Shown: one piece after another, positions 53,418-62,669 of the stretch | Position numbering within the stretch: the first letter of the stretch is position 1 | Layout: the number at the start of each line of letters is the position of its first letter | Source: Actinomycetota bacterium | Lineage (GTDB): Bacteria > Actinomycetota > Acidimicrobiia > Acidimicrobiales > JACCXE01 | NCBI GenBank assembly: GCA_041166225.1 | Contig: JBEEFT010000184.1 | Span: 6,058-70,057, forward strand | DNA: 64,000 nt | Direction of reading: 5' to 3' | Program-made: the position numbers and the translations under genes | Notes under the pieces: generated by a model | Seen by the model: the letters and a program-made list of their open reading frames with translations, nothing else | What the model was told of the DNA's origin: nothing | Database searches by the model: none

Positions 53418-54530
53418 CGGGGCGCGGCTGCGACCAGTAGCGATGCGCCACGATCGGCGGATGAGGCGCCCGCCGAGAATCGCCGCCAGCTTTACCGATG
53501 CCGCGGGGCCCTGGCGCCCGATTACGTCGCTCAGTACCAAGGTCGCCTGCGCGCGACGTTCGTCGACCAGCGCGTAACGCAAACTCATTCGGATTGCGCT
53601 GTCGCGCCGCATTACCGGCCAGTCGGCGGACAGCACGGGCGCAATTGCGGCCCGCCGTTCTCGGCCACCACTGACGCGTCGCAGTTCCTCCGGTGACGCG
53701 ACGCCGAGGCGTTGGGCCTGGGCGAGGGCCACTGCCACGGCAGTGGGGCAGCGCGCCTCGTAGGCGATGCGGCCGACGCCGTCCCAGTCGACGCCGTCGC
53801 GCTGCTCGGCATCGGTGACGACCATGGCGATGTCGACGGTCCACAAGAGACGCGCGAATACGTGGAACGGCTTGGCCGCGTGCGCCGCCAGCATCACAAT
53901 CTCGATTTCGGGCGGCAAGTCGAATGCCGGCGCTCCGTACAGCGTCGTGTTTCGGCGGGCCGCCCACAGTTGGTCGCTCGTGAGGCGATTCGCCCGCGAA
54001 CGCCAGAACGCGAGGTCGCGATGCAGGTCGATGGGCAGGCCGGGCAACGCCGGGTGGGTCAAGTCGATCTCGTGGGGCCGGCGCTCGGGTAGCGGGGTCC
54101 AGCCTGCGCCGCCGAGCGCGCCAACCGCCGGCTTGATCTGCTCGGGGGGCAGCACGAGATCGATGTCGTCCATCGGACGCAGGCCGGGATCGGGATAACG
54201 GCTCGCAAGCGCGCCGCCCTTCATTACGAGGGCGGGGTGTCCGGCGTCGGCCAGCGGCTGCAGAGCGAGCGGCCCGATGCGGGGCAACATCAGACGGCTC
54301 TGCGCGTGACATCGCCCGAAGTCGTTCTGCAGGACGTCGACCCAGCGCTCGCCGTCGGCCGCGATGCCGGCCTGCTCGAGCGCGCGCCACAGCAGCGGCG
54401 ACACGCGTTGCACGAGAGCGATGTCGGCGGCTTCGTTGAGGTCGGCGCCCGCGTCGACGGCAGCGAGGACCTCGGCCGGGGATGGTTCGCGTCGGCATGC
54501 GGCCCATAGCAGCGCCGCAGTCGGGTTCAC
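53373..54530 (-). CDS. Uncharacterised nucleotidyltransferase family protein (PF14907/NTP_transf_5-like)
   Basis: ..LVMKGGALASRYPDPGLRPMDDIDLVLPPEQ...AL...GW matches the family core. It is convergent with the kinase gene and overlaps it by 45 nt. Confidence 0.7.
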   Translation of the reverse strand: MNPTAALLWAACRREPSPAEVLAAVDAGADLNEAADIALVQRVSPLLWRALEQAGIAADGERWVDVLQNDFGRCHAQSRLMLPRIGPLALQPLADAGHPALVMKGGALASRYPDPGLRPMDDIDLVLPPEQIKPAVGALGGAGWTPLPERRPHEIDLTHPALPGLPIDLHRDLAFWRSRANRLTSDQLWAARRNTTLYGAPAFDLPPEIEIVMLAAHAAKPFHVFARLLWTVDIAMVVTDAEQRDGVDWDGVGRIAYEARCPTAVAVALAQAQRLGVASPEELRRVSGGRERRAAIAPVLSADWPVMRRDSAIRMSLRYALVDERRAQATLVLSDVIGRQGPAASVKLAAILGGRLIRRSWRIATGRSRAPLEPGREKPRDLVKP

Positions 54531-54603
54531 GGCTGAACGTTACCGATCCGTTCGTCACGGCTTCGGTTCTGTCTCGCCGTTAGCGGGCATTTAGCCTGAC
54601 GAC

Positions 54604-55866
54604 ATGAAGCCGACTACGCGGTTCTTGCTTTCAGGTGCGGCGGCCGCCGCGAATACCGCCAACGCCATCCGTCCCGCGGCGCGCTCGGGTCCGGTGTCGT
54701 TCCCGTCGTTCGCGTTCGGCGTCGTGCCCTCGGAGTGGCCGACGCAGGTCGGGATCGTGCAACTCGCAACGGCCGCGCTGCTCGCGCGCAAAGGCGGGCT
54801 GCGCGGATGGCGCGGCGCCACTGGCGTCGCGGCGTACGCGGCGTCGGTCGCCGGGCTCGTGCACATGCACCGCAAGGCGGGCGAAGCCGGCCGCATTTTG
54901 GAGCAAGCGCTCGTCGACGAGTTGGGCGCGGATTACCGCAAGCGCATCGACGAAGCGTTCACGCCCGCCACTGAAGTGCCGTTGACGCGTCAACAACTCG
55001 TGCGACCCGACCTCGGGATCCGCAAGCGTTACCGCTCGGCGCGCAACCTCAGTTACGGCGACGCCGGCCTGCGTAATCAGCTCGACGTCTGGAAGCGTGC
55101 CGACCTCCCCGCCGACGCCAAGGCGCCGGTGCTGTTTCAGGTGCACGGCGGTGCGTGGACCGTCGGGATGAAGGAAGGCCAAGCGGAGACGACGATGGGC
55201 CACCTCGCCGAACGAGGGTGGGTGTGCGTTACGACGAACTACCGGCTGTCGCCGCGCTCGACGTGGCCCGACCACATCGTCGACGTCAAGAAGGCGTTGA
55301 TGTGGACCAAGCAGCACATCGCCGAACACGGCGGTGACCCTGACTTCATCGTGATCACCGGCGGATCGGCCGGGGGGCACCTCGCGTCGCTCGCAGCGCT
55401 CACGCCCAACCTGGCCGACTTCCAGCCCGGCTTCGAGGACGCCGATACTTCCGTGCAGGCAGCGGTGCCCTTCTACGGCGTGTACGACCTCGTCAACCGT
55501 CACGGAACCAGTCGCGCCGACATGGAACGGCTCATGCAGACGCGCGTGTTCAAGACGCGGTTGTCAGAGGACCGCGCCCGCTGGGAGCAGGCGTCGACCA
55601 TCAGCCACGTGCGGCCCGACGCGCCGCCGTTCTTCGTGCTGCACGGCACGAACGACTCGCTCGTGCCGGTGGAACAGACCCGCAGCTTTGTCGACGAGTT
55701 GCGCAAAGAGTCGACGCAGCCCGTTGTCTACGCGGAACTGCCGGGCGCCCAGCACGCTTTTGAAATCCTGCCGTCGGTACGCGCTTACGCGTGTGCGCAT
55801 GCCGTCGAGCGCTTTCTCGCCGTCATCCGTAGCGAGCACAACGCCGACGTCGCCGCGAATCGCTAA
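54604..55866 (+). CDS. Alpha/beta-hydrolase-fold esterase/lipase (HGG-type) with N-terminal membrane segments
   Basis: The oxyanion motif is VHGGAWTVG, the nucleophile elbow is ITGGSAGGHLA, and a late ..HGTNDSLVP.. ..AQHAFE supplies the Asp and His. Confidence 0.8.
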   Translation: MKPTTRFLLSGAAAAANTANAIRPAARSGPVSFPSFAFGVVPSEWPTQVGIVQLATAALLARKGGLRGWRGATGVAAYAASVAGLVHMHRKAGEAGRILEQALVDELGADYRKRIDEAFTPATEVPLTRQQLVRPDLGIRKRYRSARNLSYGDAGLRNQLDVWKRADLPADAKAPVLFQVHGGAWTVGMKEGQAETTMGHLAERGWVCVTTNYRLSPRSTWPDHIVDVKKALMWTKQHIAEHGGDPDFIVITGGSAGGHLASLAALTPNLADFQPGFEDADTSVQAAVPFYGVYDLVNRHGTSRADMERLMQTRVFKTRLSEDRARWEQASTISHVRPDAPPFFVLHGTNDSLVPVEQTRSFVDELRKESTQPVVYAELPGAQHAFEILPSVRAYACAHAVERFLAVIRSEHNADVAANR

Positions 55867-58670
55867 GCGGTTATCTCAACGGCGGCGCCGTTGAACTCGC
55901 CGTTCTCGTCGACCACCGATCCACGTTTGATCGTGGCGATATCGCCGCGGCGCAGCGCCACATTCGCCGTCCAGCGTCCGTTCACGAGCTTGGCCCGCAT
56001 CGCGAACGTGCGACCAGACGACCGGTGTACGGACACCGTCGCCACCCGCACGTCGCCGTTCGACGCCCAACCACGGAACGTGCACGTCTTGCATATCGGG
56101 CGGCCGCCGTCGTCGTGGATCGCGGCGATCGACGACTTATACGTACGCGGGTACGTCGCGCCAGCCGTGAATGACACTGCGCCGTTGCGTTCGACGCGCA
56201 CCCCGTCGACACGAACGCCTTCCCAAGGCCGAACCGAAAACACACGCGACGTGAGCGCGTAGCTCTTCGGGCCCGCTGCAGTTCGGTGACGACCGTTGAT
56301 CACGAACCGATACGAGCCGGTCGGAACCTGTCCGGCGGCGATGTTCCGCGGGAAGAAGTCTGCCGCTTCGAAGTTGGCCGTCCACAGCCATTCTTGGCGG
56401 TTCGTGCGATACGGGATCTGGCTCTGAATGCCCTTCGGCAACGCGAGCACCGTTTGCACTTCGCCGGTTTGGTCGGCATAGGCGGTCCACGTTTTGCCCA
56501 CGAGTCGTTCGACACGGACCACGGGCTGATCGACGTCGTTGTTGCCACCCCGCCACTTCACCGTTGCCGCGTCGAACCGGTTGATCGATTTCGGTTGCCC
56601 CACGATTTCGGGCGACCCCGCGTCGACAGGCAGCGACGCATTCCACGCGTCGTACGCCTCGCTCGCGGCACGCCCAACAGCCTGGGCCGTTGCCTGTTGA
56701 CGCGCCTCGTCGGCCACCGCGACAACTGCGAGCGGCTCGTCCTTAGGCAGCGGCGCGCCCTGCAGCGCGGCGGCCATGCGCACGAGGCGCGTCACCATGT
56801 AGTCGGCGGTGTGCGGCCCGTATGAGGTGAGGGCTTTGCGGTAGTGATCGAAGCTCATGAACACGCGGTAGCTCACGGTGTAGCCGTTGTAGTCGCCGGT
56901 GTGGCCGAGCCCGACCGTGAGCTTGTAGCCGGGCGCACCGAGGCTTTGGATCTCTTCCTTGGTGAAGTTGCCCTTGATCGCGGCGGGGTCGGCGGGCTCG
57001 GCGTTGGCCGTCGCCGCGTTCGCAGCCGCGTCCCACCCGTTGGCGTCGTTGTGCACCTGCGCAACCATCCGGCGATAGGCGGCGTCGGTGACAACAAGGC
57101 TGCGGTCGTTGAAGACCTTCGCCTGGGGCAGCCCCGGGTTCGGGCAACGCCACGACGTGTCGGGTTTCTGATCGCAGTACGGCGACCAGTCGAAGCCGTC
57201 GTAGATGTTGCCGCGGGTCGCGTCGGTGCGGCTCTCGAGGTTCTTGATGAGGTCGACCTGCGGCTCGCACGAGCATGACGCGAGAAGGATGTCGCCGAGG
57301 CGCACCGCTTGCAGATGGATGCGGGCGTTCTCCTCGAGGATCCCAGCCGATGGGGCGTCGTAATGCTCGGGGACGGGCAGACCAAGCTTCTTCATGGTCT
57401 CGAACGTCTGGCTGGCGTTGTCGTTGCTGTCGCCGATCGGTCGTTCGCAGTCGGGCAGGCCGGCGACGGGTACGCCGGGATTACCTTCGACCGTGGGCTC
57501 GGTCCGGCAGTTGCTCACCGCTGGATAGGGGTGGGACACGGGACCGGGCACCCAGCCGTCGAACATGGCCACGGGGAAGTTCGAACTCCATGGGATCGTG
57601 CCGTGATTCGCGCCGATCTCATTGAACCCCGCGACCACCCTGTCGGCCAAAAATCGCGCGTGACGCTCAGCCTGCGCGTAACCCTGGTGCGCGAACGCTC
57701 GCACGATCCCGCCGCCGATCCGGTCGTTCAGATCTTCGGCCGGTTCGGAACTGCCAACGTCGCCCTGGCTGAACACGAGCGGCGCGTTCAGATCGCGCTG
57801 AACGAATCGTTCGAGCGGCGCGATGTAGTCACCGCTGATCAGGTTGTAACCGTCGAGTGACTCGGGGTGAACGCCGTAGTTCATCCACACGGCGAGTGGC
57901 TTGGGGGTGGCGCCGGAGATGTCGTCGAAGCGCATCACGACGAGTCCGTTGTCGTTCTCGTACTGCGGGTAGCCCGACGGACTGCCGTCGTCGGCGATCG
58001 CTCCGCCCGGGGCGTTTCGATAGTCGCCGCCCGCGGCCACTGTTGTCGCGCCGACGCGTACGGGCTTGAGGTTGGCCTCGGCGTGTTCGATCGCCTGGGC
58101 CATCGCACGGGCCTGGTACTCGAACATTCGCAGGTCCATCACGTCTTGGAACAGCCACGGGCCCGGGGCGGCGGTTGTGTAATACGGCGAGTTGTGGTTG
58201 TGCGTCGCGCTGTAGAGGATGTGATCGGCGGTGACGTGTGAGCCGGCCGTGGCCAGCAGTTGGCCGACGCGGCGCACGAGCATGTCCTGGGCCAAGTAGT
58301 TGTCGCTCTTGAGCAACGCGATCGGCGCGCCGCTCGTGCCGGCGATGACGATGGCGCGCACCGACAGGCGCGACTGCACGCCGTAGCTCGGCTGGCGTTT
58401 CGTGGCGTGGAGGTTCGGGTCGCTGTCGGCGCTGAGCAGGAGCGCAGGGTCGAGCGTGGGCGGGGTGAGGTTGGCGAGATCGTCGGCCCAGTCGTCGACC
58501 TCCAAGCCGGGACGGCTGCTTGCGTACTGACCTGCCGATGCTCCGACGTTCCAGGTTGCATCTACGACACCGACACCGGCGCGCACGCCCGCCGGTGCTG
58601 CTTGCGCGTGACCCGGGACCGCGGCCAGGAGCGCGGCGATTACCGCAGTTGCGACCCCCCAGAACTTCAT
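55863..58670 (-). CDS. Secreted neutral/alkaline-ceramidase-like protein with a large C-terminal extension
   Basis: The ATG at 58670 overlaps the upstream stop (ATGA). The signal is ..AAVPGHAQA|AP. RAGVGVVDATW.., SRLSVRAIVIAG....IALLKSDNY.., and ILYSATHNHNSPYY resemble the neutral-ceramidase N-terminal domain. Confidence 0.6.
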   Translation of the reverse strand: MKFWGVATAVIAALLAAVPGHAQAAPAGVRAGVGVVDATWNVGASAGQYASSRPGLEVDDWADDLANLTPPTLDPALLLSADSDPNLHATKRQPSYGVQSRLSVRAIVIAGTSGAPIALLKSDNYLAQDMLVRRVGQLLATAGSHVTADHILYSATHNHNSPYYTTAAPGPWLFQDVMDLRMFEYQARAMAQAIEHAEANLKPVRVGATTVAAGGDYRNAPGGAIADDGSPSGYPQYENDNGLVVMRFDDISGATPKPLAVWMNYGVHPESLDGYNLISGDYIAPLERFVQRDLNAPLVFSQGDVGSSEPAEDLNDRIGGGIVRAFAHQGYAQAERHARFLADRVVAGFNEIGANHGTIPWSSNFPVAMFDGWVPGPVSHPYPAVSNCRTEPTVEGNPGVPVAGLPDCERPIGDSNDNASQTFETMKKLGLPVPEHYDAPSAGILEENARIHLQAVRLGDILLASCSCEPQVDLIKNLESRTDATRGNIYDGFDWSPYCDQKPDTSWRCPNPGLPQAKVFNDRSLVVTDAAYRRMVAQVHNDANGWDAAANAATANAEPADPAAIKGNFTKEEIQSLGAPGYKLTVGLGHTGDYNGYTVSYRVFMSFDHYRKALTSYGPHTADYMVTRLVRMAAALQGAPLPKDEPLAVVAVADEARQQATAQAVGRAASEAYDAWNASLPVDAGSPEIVGQPKSINRFDAATVKWRGGNNDVDQPVVRVERLVGKTWTAYADQTGEVQTVLALPKGIQSQIPYRTNRQEWLWTANFEAADFFPRNIAAGQVPTGSYRFVINGRHRTAAGPKSYALTSRVFSVRPWEGVRVDGVRVERNGAVSFTAGATYPRTYKSSIAAIHDDGGRPICKTCTFRGWASNGDVRVATVSVHRSSGRTFAMRAKLVNGRWTANVALRRGDIATIKRGSVVDENGEFNGAAVEITA

Positions 58671-61600
58671 CGTCGTGACGTTAGGTGTCTGCCGACCAGC
58701 GCGACCACTAGAAGCGCCGCGGGAATGAGCCCGTTGACGTTGGAGCCCGTCGCCGGCAACGTCTCGGCTGCGAGCACGCGTGTCGCAGGGAAGCCGACGT
58801 TGCCGGCGTCGTCGACCGCTCGCACCGAGACGGTAAGCGGACCGGTGCCCGACGGCACCACCACGGTCGCTTTCGTCGCGCCCGCGGCAAGTTCGAGTGT
58901 CTGCGAACCGACGGTCACGCGGTAGGTGTGGGCCGCTCCGCATGCGCCGTCGTCACCGGTGCGCGTGAACTGCACGTCGACCTGATCACCGACGCGCGAG
59001 ACACTCGAGATCGACGGCGTGCCGGGGCGGTCGGCGTCGGTGCCATAGGCGCCGGTGTTGTGGAGGTCGTGGCCGTTCTTCGGCCACTCGGGCGTTTGGC
59101 ACGCCGCGCCGTCGGTATGCCACAGGAACAACTGTCCGTCGCGTGTGGCGAGCGCCAGCTCGAGTTTGCCGTCGCCGTCCATGTCACCTGCACCCGCCGA
59201 CGACACCGCCCAGCCCGCTGTGAACTTCGGGAACGTCGGCGCTGGACGCCCGCCGTCGCCGTACGCAGCGAGGTCGTACATCGCCGAGGCTTGCACCACC
59301 TCGGGCCGCCCGTCACCGGTGACGTCGAGGATCACCGGTGTGTTGATGAACTGAAGGTCGTTCATCTGCGCGGGAAAACCGGGCGCGAATTGGCCGGTGG
59401 TCGCGTCCCACACCGAGATGTGATCTTCGGCCAGCAGTTGCTGTTCCGGGAGGATCACGTCGAGGAGTCGGCGGGCGCCGGTGGAACCCATCGCGAAGTT
59501 GATCTGCTTGCTCGCACCCACGTGTCCGAACACGCCACCGCCCAGCGATGGGATCGTTGGCAGGTCCGTTGCCGTGCTGCCCAGACCGGGCACTGTGGTC
59601 GCCGCGGTTTTGTACCGGCCGTCGTTGCCCGCGCCGTAGTAGCTCGAGCCGTTCGCGTTCAACAGGTACGCCGGGCTGCCGATCGACGCGGTACCGATCT
59701 CACGTTTGCCGTTACCGTCGACGTCGGCCATCACCGGTTGGCCGTTGGAGCCTTCACCCACGTACGGCAACAGTTCGAGGCTCAACATCGCGATGGGGAC
59801 GGGCCATCCCGTGACGTAAGCCTGGTCATCGGGGTGGGGTGTGGCGGCCGAGCGCGGAGTTTGGGGGTGCGCGGTGCCGTCGTGGTGCAACAGGTACGTG
59901 CGCGTGTTGCCGGTGGCGTTGACGGCTCCGATCGCGGCCACCACGGGGTCCACGGTGTTCGGAGTTTCCGCGTACTCCTCGTTGACATTGGTTGCGACTT
60001 CGAGCGTGCCGTCGCCGTCGACGTCACCCACCGACGGCGTCGCGATCACTTTGCGACCGAAGTGCGCCTCGGCGTCAGCGGTGAAGGTGATGCGGTGGGT
60101 GACGGGGTCGACCGACTTGACCTTCGCGGGGTCACGCAGCAACACCGGCCACCCCTTCACCGGTGTGCCGTCGGCGTGCCACGCGTAGATGTGGCCGTCG
60201 TTCGAGCCCGCGATGAGTTCGAGGCCGCGCGTTGTCGGATCGAGATCGGCGGCCGCAGGTTGTGATGTGAAGGCGCGGTCGACCGTGTTGAGGTGATCGC
60301 GCACGTCGGGCGCGCCGTCGTCGTCGCAACGCGCGTTGCGCACCACTTGGCACGCCGTCTCATACGAGAAGGCACGGTTGCCGCGCACCGGGAACCCGTT
60401 CACCGGCCGGCCGTCGTTGTGCCAGACGTGCAGGTCGCCTTCGATGTCAGCGACACCAACCTCAGGCGTGCCGTCACCGTCGAGGTCGGCAACCACCGGC
60501 GCGCCGGTGAGCACCGCGGCGTACACAGTCTTCGGGACGTCGCCGCGGGTGTACGCGTTCGCACCGCTGCTGGGCAGATTGATCGCGCGTGTGTGGACCG
60601 GCCATCCGGCGGCTTCGGTGCCGTCGGCTTTGAAGGCGTGCACGAAGCCATTGCCGTCGCCCATCACGAGTTCGTCGCGCCCGTCGTTGTCGAGGTCCTC
60701 GAACGCCGGCGACCCCGCACCGTCGCCTTCCAACGCGCGCGGCCACCCGGGAACCAGCGTTGGGTCGTCGTGGGCGAACGCCTGATGCTGGGCGATGGCG
60801 GTTTGCCACGGTTGGTCGCCGGTCTTGACGACGACCCGAATTCGGAACGCGTCCTTCTCGGGAAGCGAACGTGCGGTGGGGTCGTCGGCCGGTGTGTAGG
60901 GCGGCACGGAGTGGTCGATCGCGGCGCGCACCTCGGCCAAGTTGATGGTGGCGAGCGTGCCCTCGACGGCGTGGTTGGCCGCAGCGTGTTTGACCGTGGT
61001 CCACTTGTCGGCCGCGGGCCAGCGCGGGGGTTGCACGCCGGGCGCATATTGAACTTCCCACGTGAAGTTCGTGGCCCGGGGCGCCGCGACGCGCCCGGTG
61101 ACCTTCACGACGCCGCGCGCAGGAAGCGGTTCCCACCAGGCCGGCGCGGTGATGTCGGCTTCGGGTGGAATGTGGCCCGCGGCGACGAGGCCAACAAGGT
61201 CGTCGCTGCGGATCCGACCCCAGCCACTGATCTGATCCCACCCCGCCGTCGTGACGAAACGTGCGCTCGCGGGAAGCGTGGTGACGAAATTGTTGGGCGG
61301 GCCGGGAGGTTTGGGTGTGGAGAAGTCGACGTCCTGCGCGGCGAGGCGGAACAGTTGCTTTGCTTCCTCAGCCGAGAGCGGGCGCCCCGATGCGTCCGGT
61401 TTGATCACGCCCTTTTGCACCGCGTTGCGCGCCGCCGAGTACAACAGCCCGGCCATGCCCGCGCTCTGCCCGACGGCGTCGGACGAACAAGACGACGAGG
61501 CGACGGTCACCCAGATGTAACCGCCGAAGTTCGTACACCCGTTGAACGCGAGCCACGTCGCTGGATGCTGCACCGTGTCAACGGAATGGGTGACCGAGTT

Positions 61601-62623
61601 GACGACCATCGAGTGGTTGAGCGCTGACGGTTGGTTGTGGTGACCGGCGGACTCATCGGCCGCCGACGCGACGAACAGCACGCCGTGGTGGTACGCGTAG
61701 TCGACCGCGAGTTGCGCGAAGTGCGTGTTGTTCAGCGCACCAAGGGCACTCTGAATCACGCTCGCACCGTTGTCGGTTGCGTAGACCGCGGCTTCGGCGA
61801 AGTGGTTCGAGTCGGCCACGAAACTGTCGCCGACCCGCATCTCCATCAGCGTGCAGTTGGGGCACTGCGGATCGAGCTTGGTGCCGATCTCGCCGGCCGA
61901 GTCCTCGGATTCGCCGGTGCCGTGGCTGTAGTCCACGTCGTCGTTCGGATCGTTGTCGCCCTCGAAGAAGTCCCACCCTGAGATGTCGTCGACGTAACCG
62001 TTGTGGTCGTCGTCAACGCCGTCGGAGAAGGCGCGGATCACATCGCCCGGGTCGATGAGCGTGTTGTTGTCGTACGGGTTCTCGTGGACGCGTGAGTCGT
62101 GCGCGTAGTCGGCCACGGTGAATACGCCGTCGCCGTCAGCGTCGTAATCCTGCACGCTGCCGCCCCGCCCGCCGCCGTTGGGCTTAGGCAACTCGCCGCG
62201 ATTCAACGCGAACTTCTTCATCAACTCCGGGCGGTCTTCGTCCCAGCGAATCCCGCTGTCGGTGACCGCGATCACGGTGTCGGGTCGTCCGGTGGTCGTC
62301 TCCCACGCACGGTTCGTGCGCGGGCCGCGCACACCGAAGAACTCTTGTGGGTTCAGATTCACGAGCGGGTCGTAGTCGGCTTCGCCCGGCTTCGACGCGT
62401 AGTCCGACAGCTTCCACGTGCCCCGGCAGTCGAAGTTCGCAGGAAGGTCACTGCCCGGGGGGCGGGGCTGGCCCGCGGCCACCCCGTCGCACGCACCGTT
62501 CCTTATGTGGAGACGGGAGTAGTCGTAGACCCCGCCGGGCTGCACGCCGAACGGGAAGACCGCATGTGCCGGACGGGGCAGGACGAGAAGAAGCAGAACG
62601 ACAACGATTCCCCAACGGCGCAT
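58667..62623 (-). CDS. 1318-aa LPXTG-anchored S8 peptidase-like protein with multiple FG-GAP/VCBS repeats
   Basis: The signal is ..LPRPAHA|VF. The S8 Asp (VIAVTDSGI) and His (DYSHGTGESEDSAG) contexts are present. There are at least six D-x-D/N-G-D/N-G-x-x-E repeats (DLDNDGRDELV, DLDGDGTPEVG, DVDGDGTLEVA, DVDGNGKREIG, DVTGDGRPEVV, DMDGDGKLELA). The C-terminus is LPATG followed by a hydrophobic helix and HLTSRR. Confidence 0.8.
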   Translation of the reverse strand: MRRWGIVVVLLLLVLPRPAHAVFPFGVQPGGVYDYSRLHIRNGACDGVAAGQPRPPGSDLPANFDCRGTWKLSDYASKPGEADYDPLVNLNPQEFFGVRGPRTNRAWETTTGRPDTVIAVTDSGIRWDEDRPELMKKFALNRGELPKPNGGGRGGSVQDYDADGDGVFTVADYAHDSRVHENPYDNNTLIDPGDVIRAFSDGVDDDHNGYVDDISGWDFFEGDNDPNDDVDYSHGTGESEDSAGEIGTKLDPQCPNCTLMEMRVGDSFVADSNHFAEAAVYATDNGASVIQSALGALNNTHFAQLAVDYAYHHGVLFVASAADESAGHHNQPSALNHSMVVNSVTHSVDTVQHPATWLAFNGCTNFGGYIWVTVASSSCSSDAVGQSAGMAGLLYSAARNAVQKGVIKPDASGRPLSAEEAKQLFRLAAQDVDFSTPKPPGPPNNFVTTLPASARFVTTAGWDQISGWGRIRSDDLVGLVAAGHIPPEADITAPAWWEPLPARGVVKVTGRVAAPRATNFTWEVQYAPGVQPPRWPAADKWTTVKHAAANHAVEGTLATINLAEVRAAIDHSVPPYTPADDPTARSLPEKDAFRIRVVVKTGDQPWQTAIAQHQAFAHDDPTLVPGWPRALEGDGAGSPAFEDLDNDGRDELVMGDGNGFVHAFKADGTEAAGWPVHTRAINLPSSGANAYTRGDVPKTVYAAVLTGAPVVADLDGDGTPEVGVADIEGDLHVWHNDGRPVNGFPVRGNRAFSYETACQVVRNARCDDDGAPDVRDHLNTVDRAFTSQPAAADLDPTTRGLELIAGSNDGHIYAWHADGTPVKGWPVLLRDPAKVKSVDPVTHRITFTADAEAHFGRKVIATPSVGDVDGDGTLEVATNVNEEYAETPNTVDPVVAAIGAVNATGNTRTYLLHHDGTAHPQTPRSAATPHPDDQAYVTGWPVPIAMLSLELLPYVGEGSNGQPVMADVDGNGKREIGTASIGSPAYLLNANGSSYYGAGNDGRYKTAATTVPGLGSTATDLPTIPSLGGGVFGHVGASKQINFAMGSTGARRLLDVILPEQQLLAEDHISVWDATTGQFAPGFPAQMNDLQFINTPVILDVTGDGRPEVVQASAMYDLAAYGDGGRPAPTFPKFTAGWAVSSAGAGDMDGDGKLELALATRDGQLFLWHTDGAACQTPEWPKNGHDLHNTGAYGTDADRPGTPSISSVSRVGDQVDVQFTRTGDDGACGAAHTYRVTVGSQTLELAAGATKATVVVPSGTGPLTVSVRAVDDAGNVGFPATRVLAAETLPATGSNVNGLIPAALLVVALVGRHLTSRR

Positions 62624-62669
62624 CGGGTCGGAGCGTAGCTAGCGGCCCCTGGCCCGTGTCAGGAAGACG

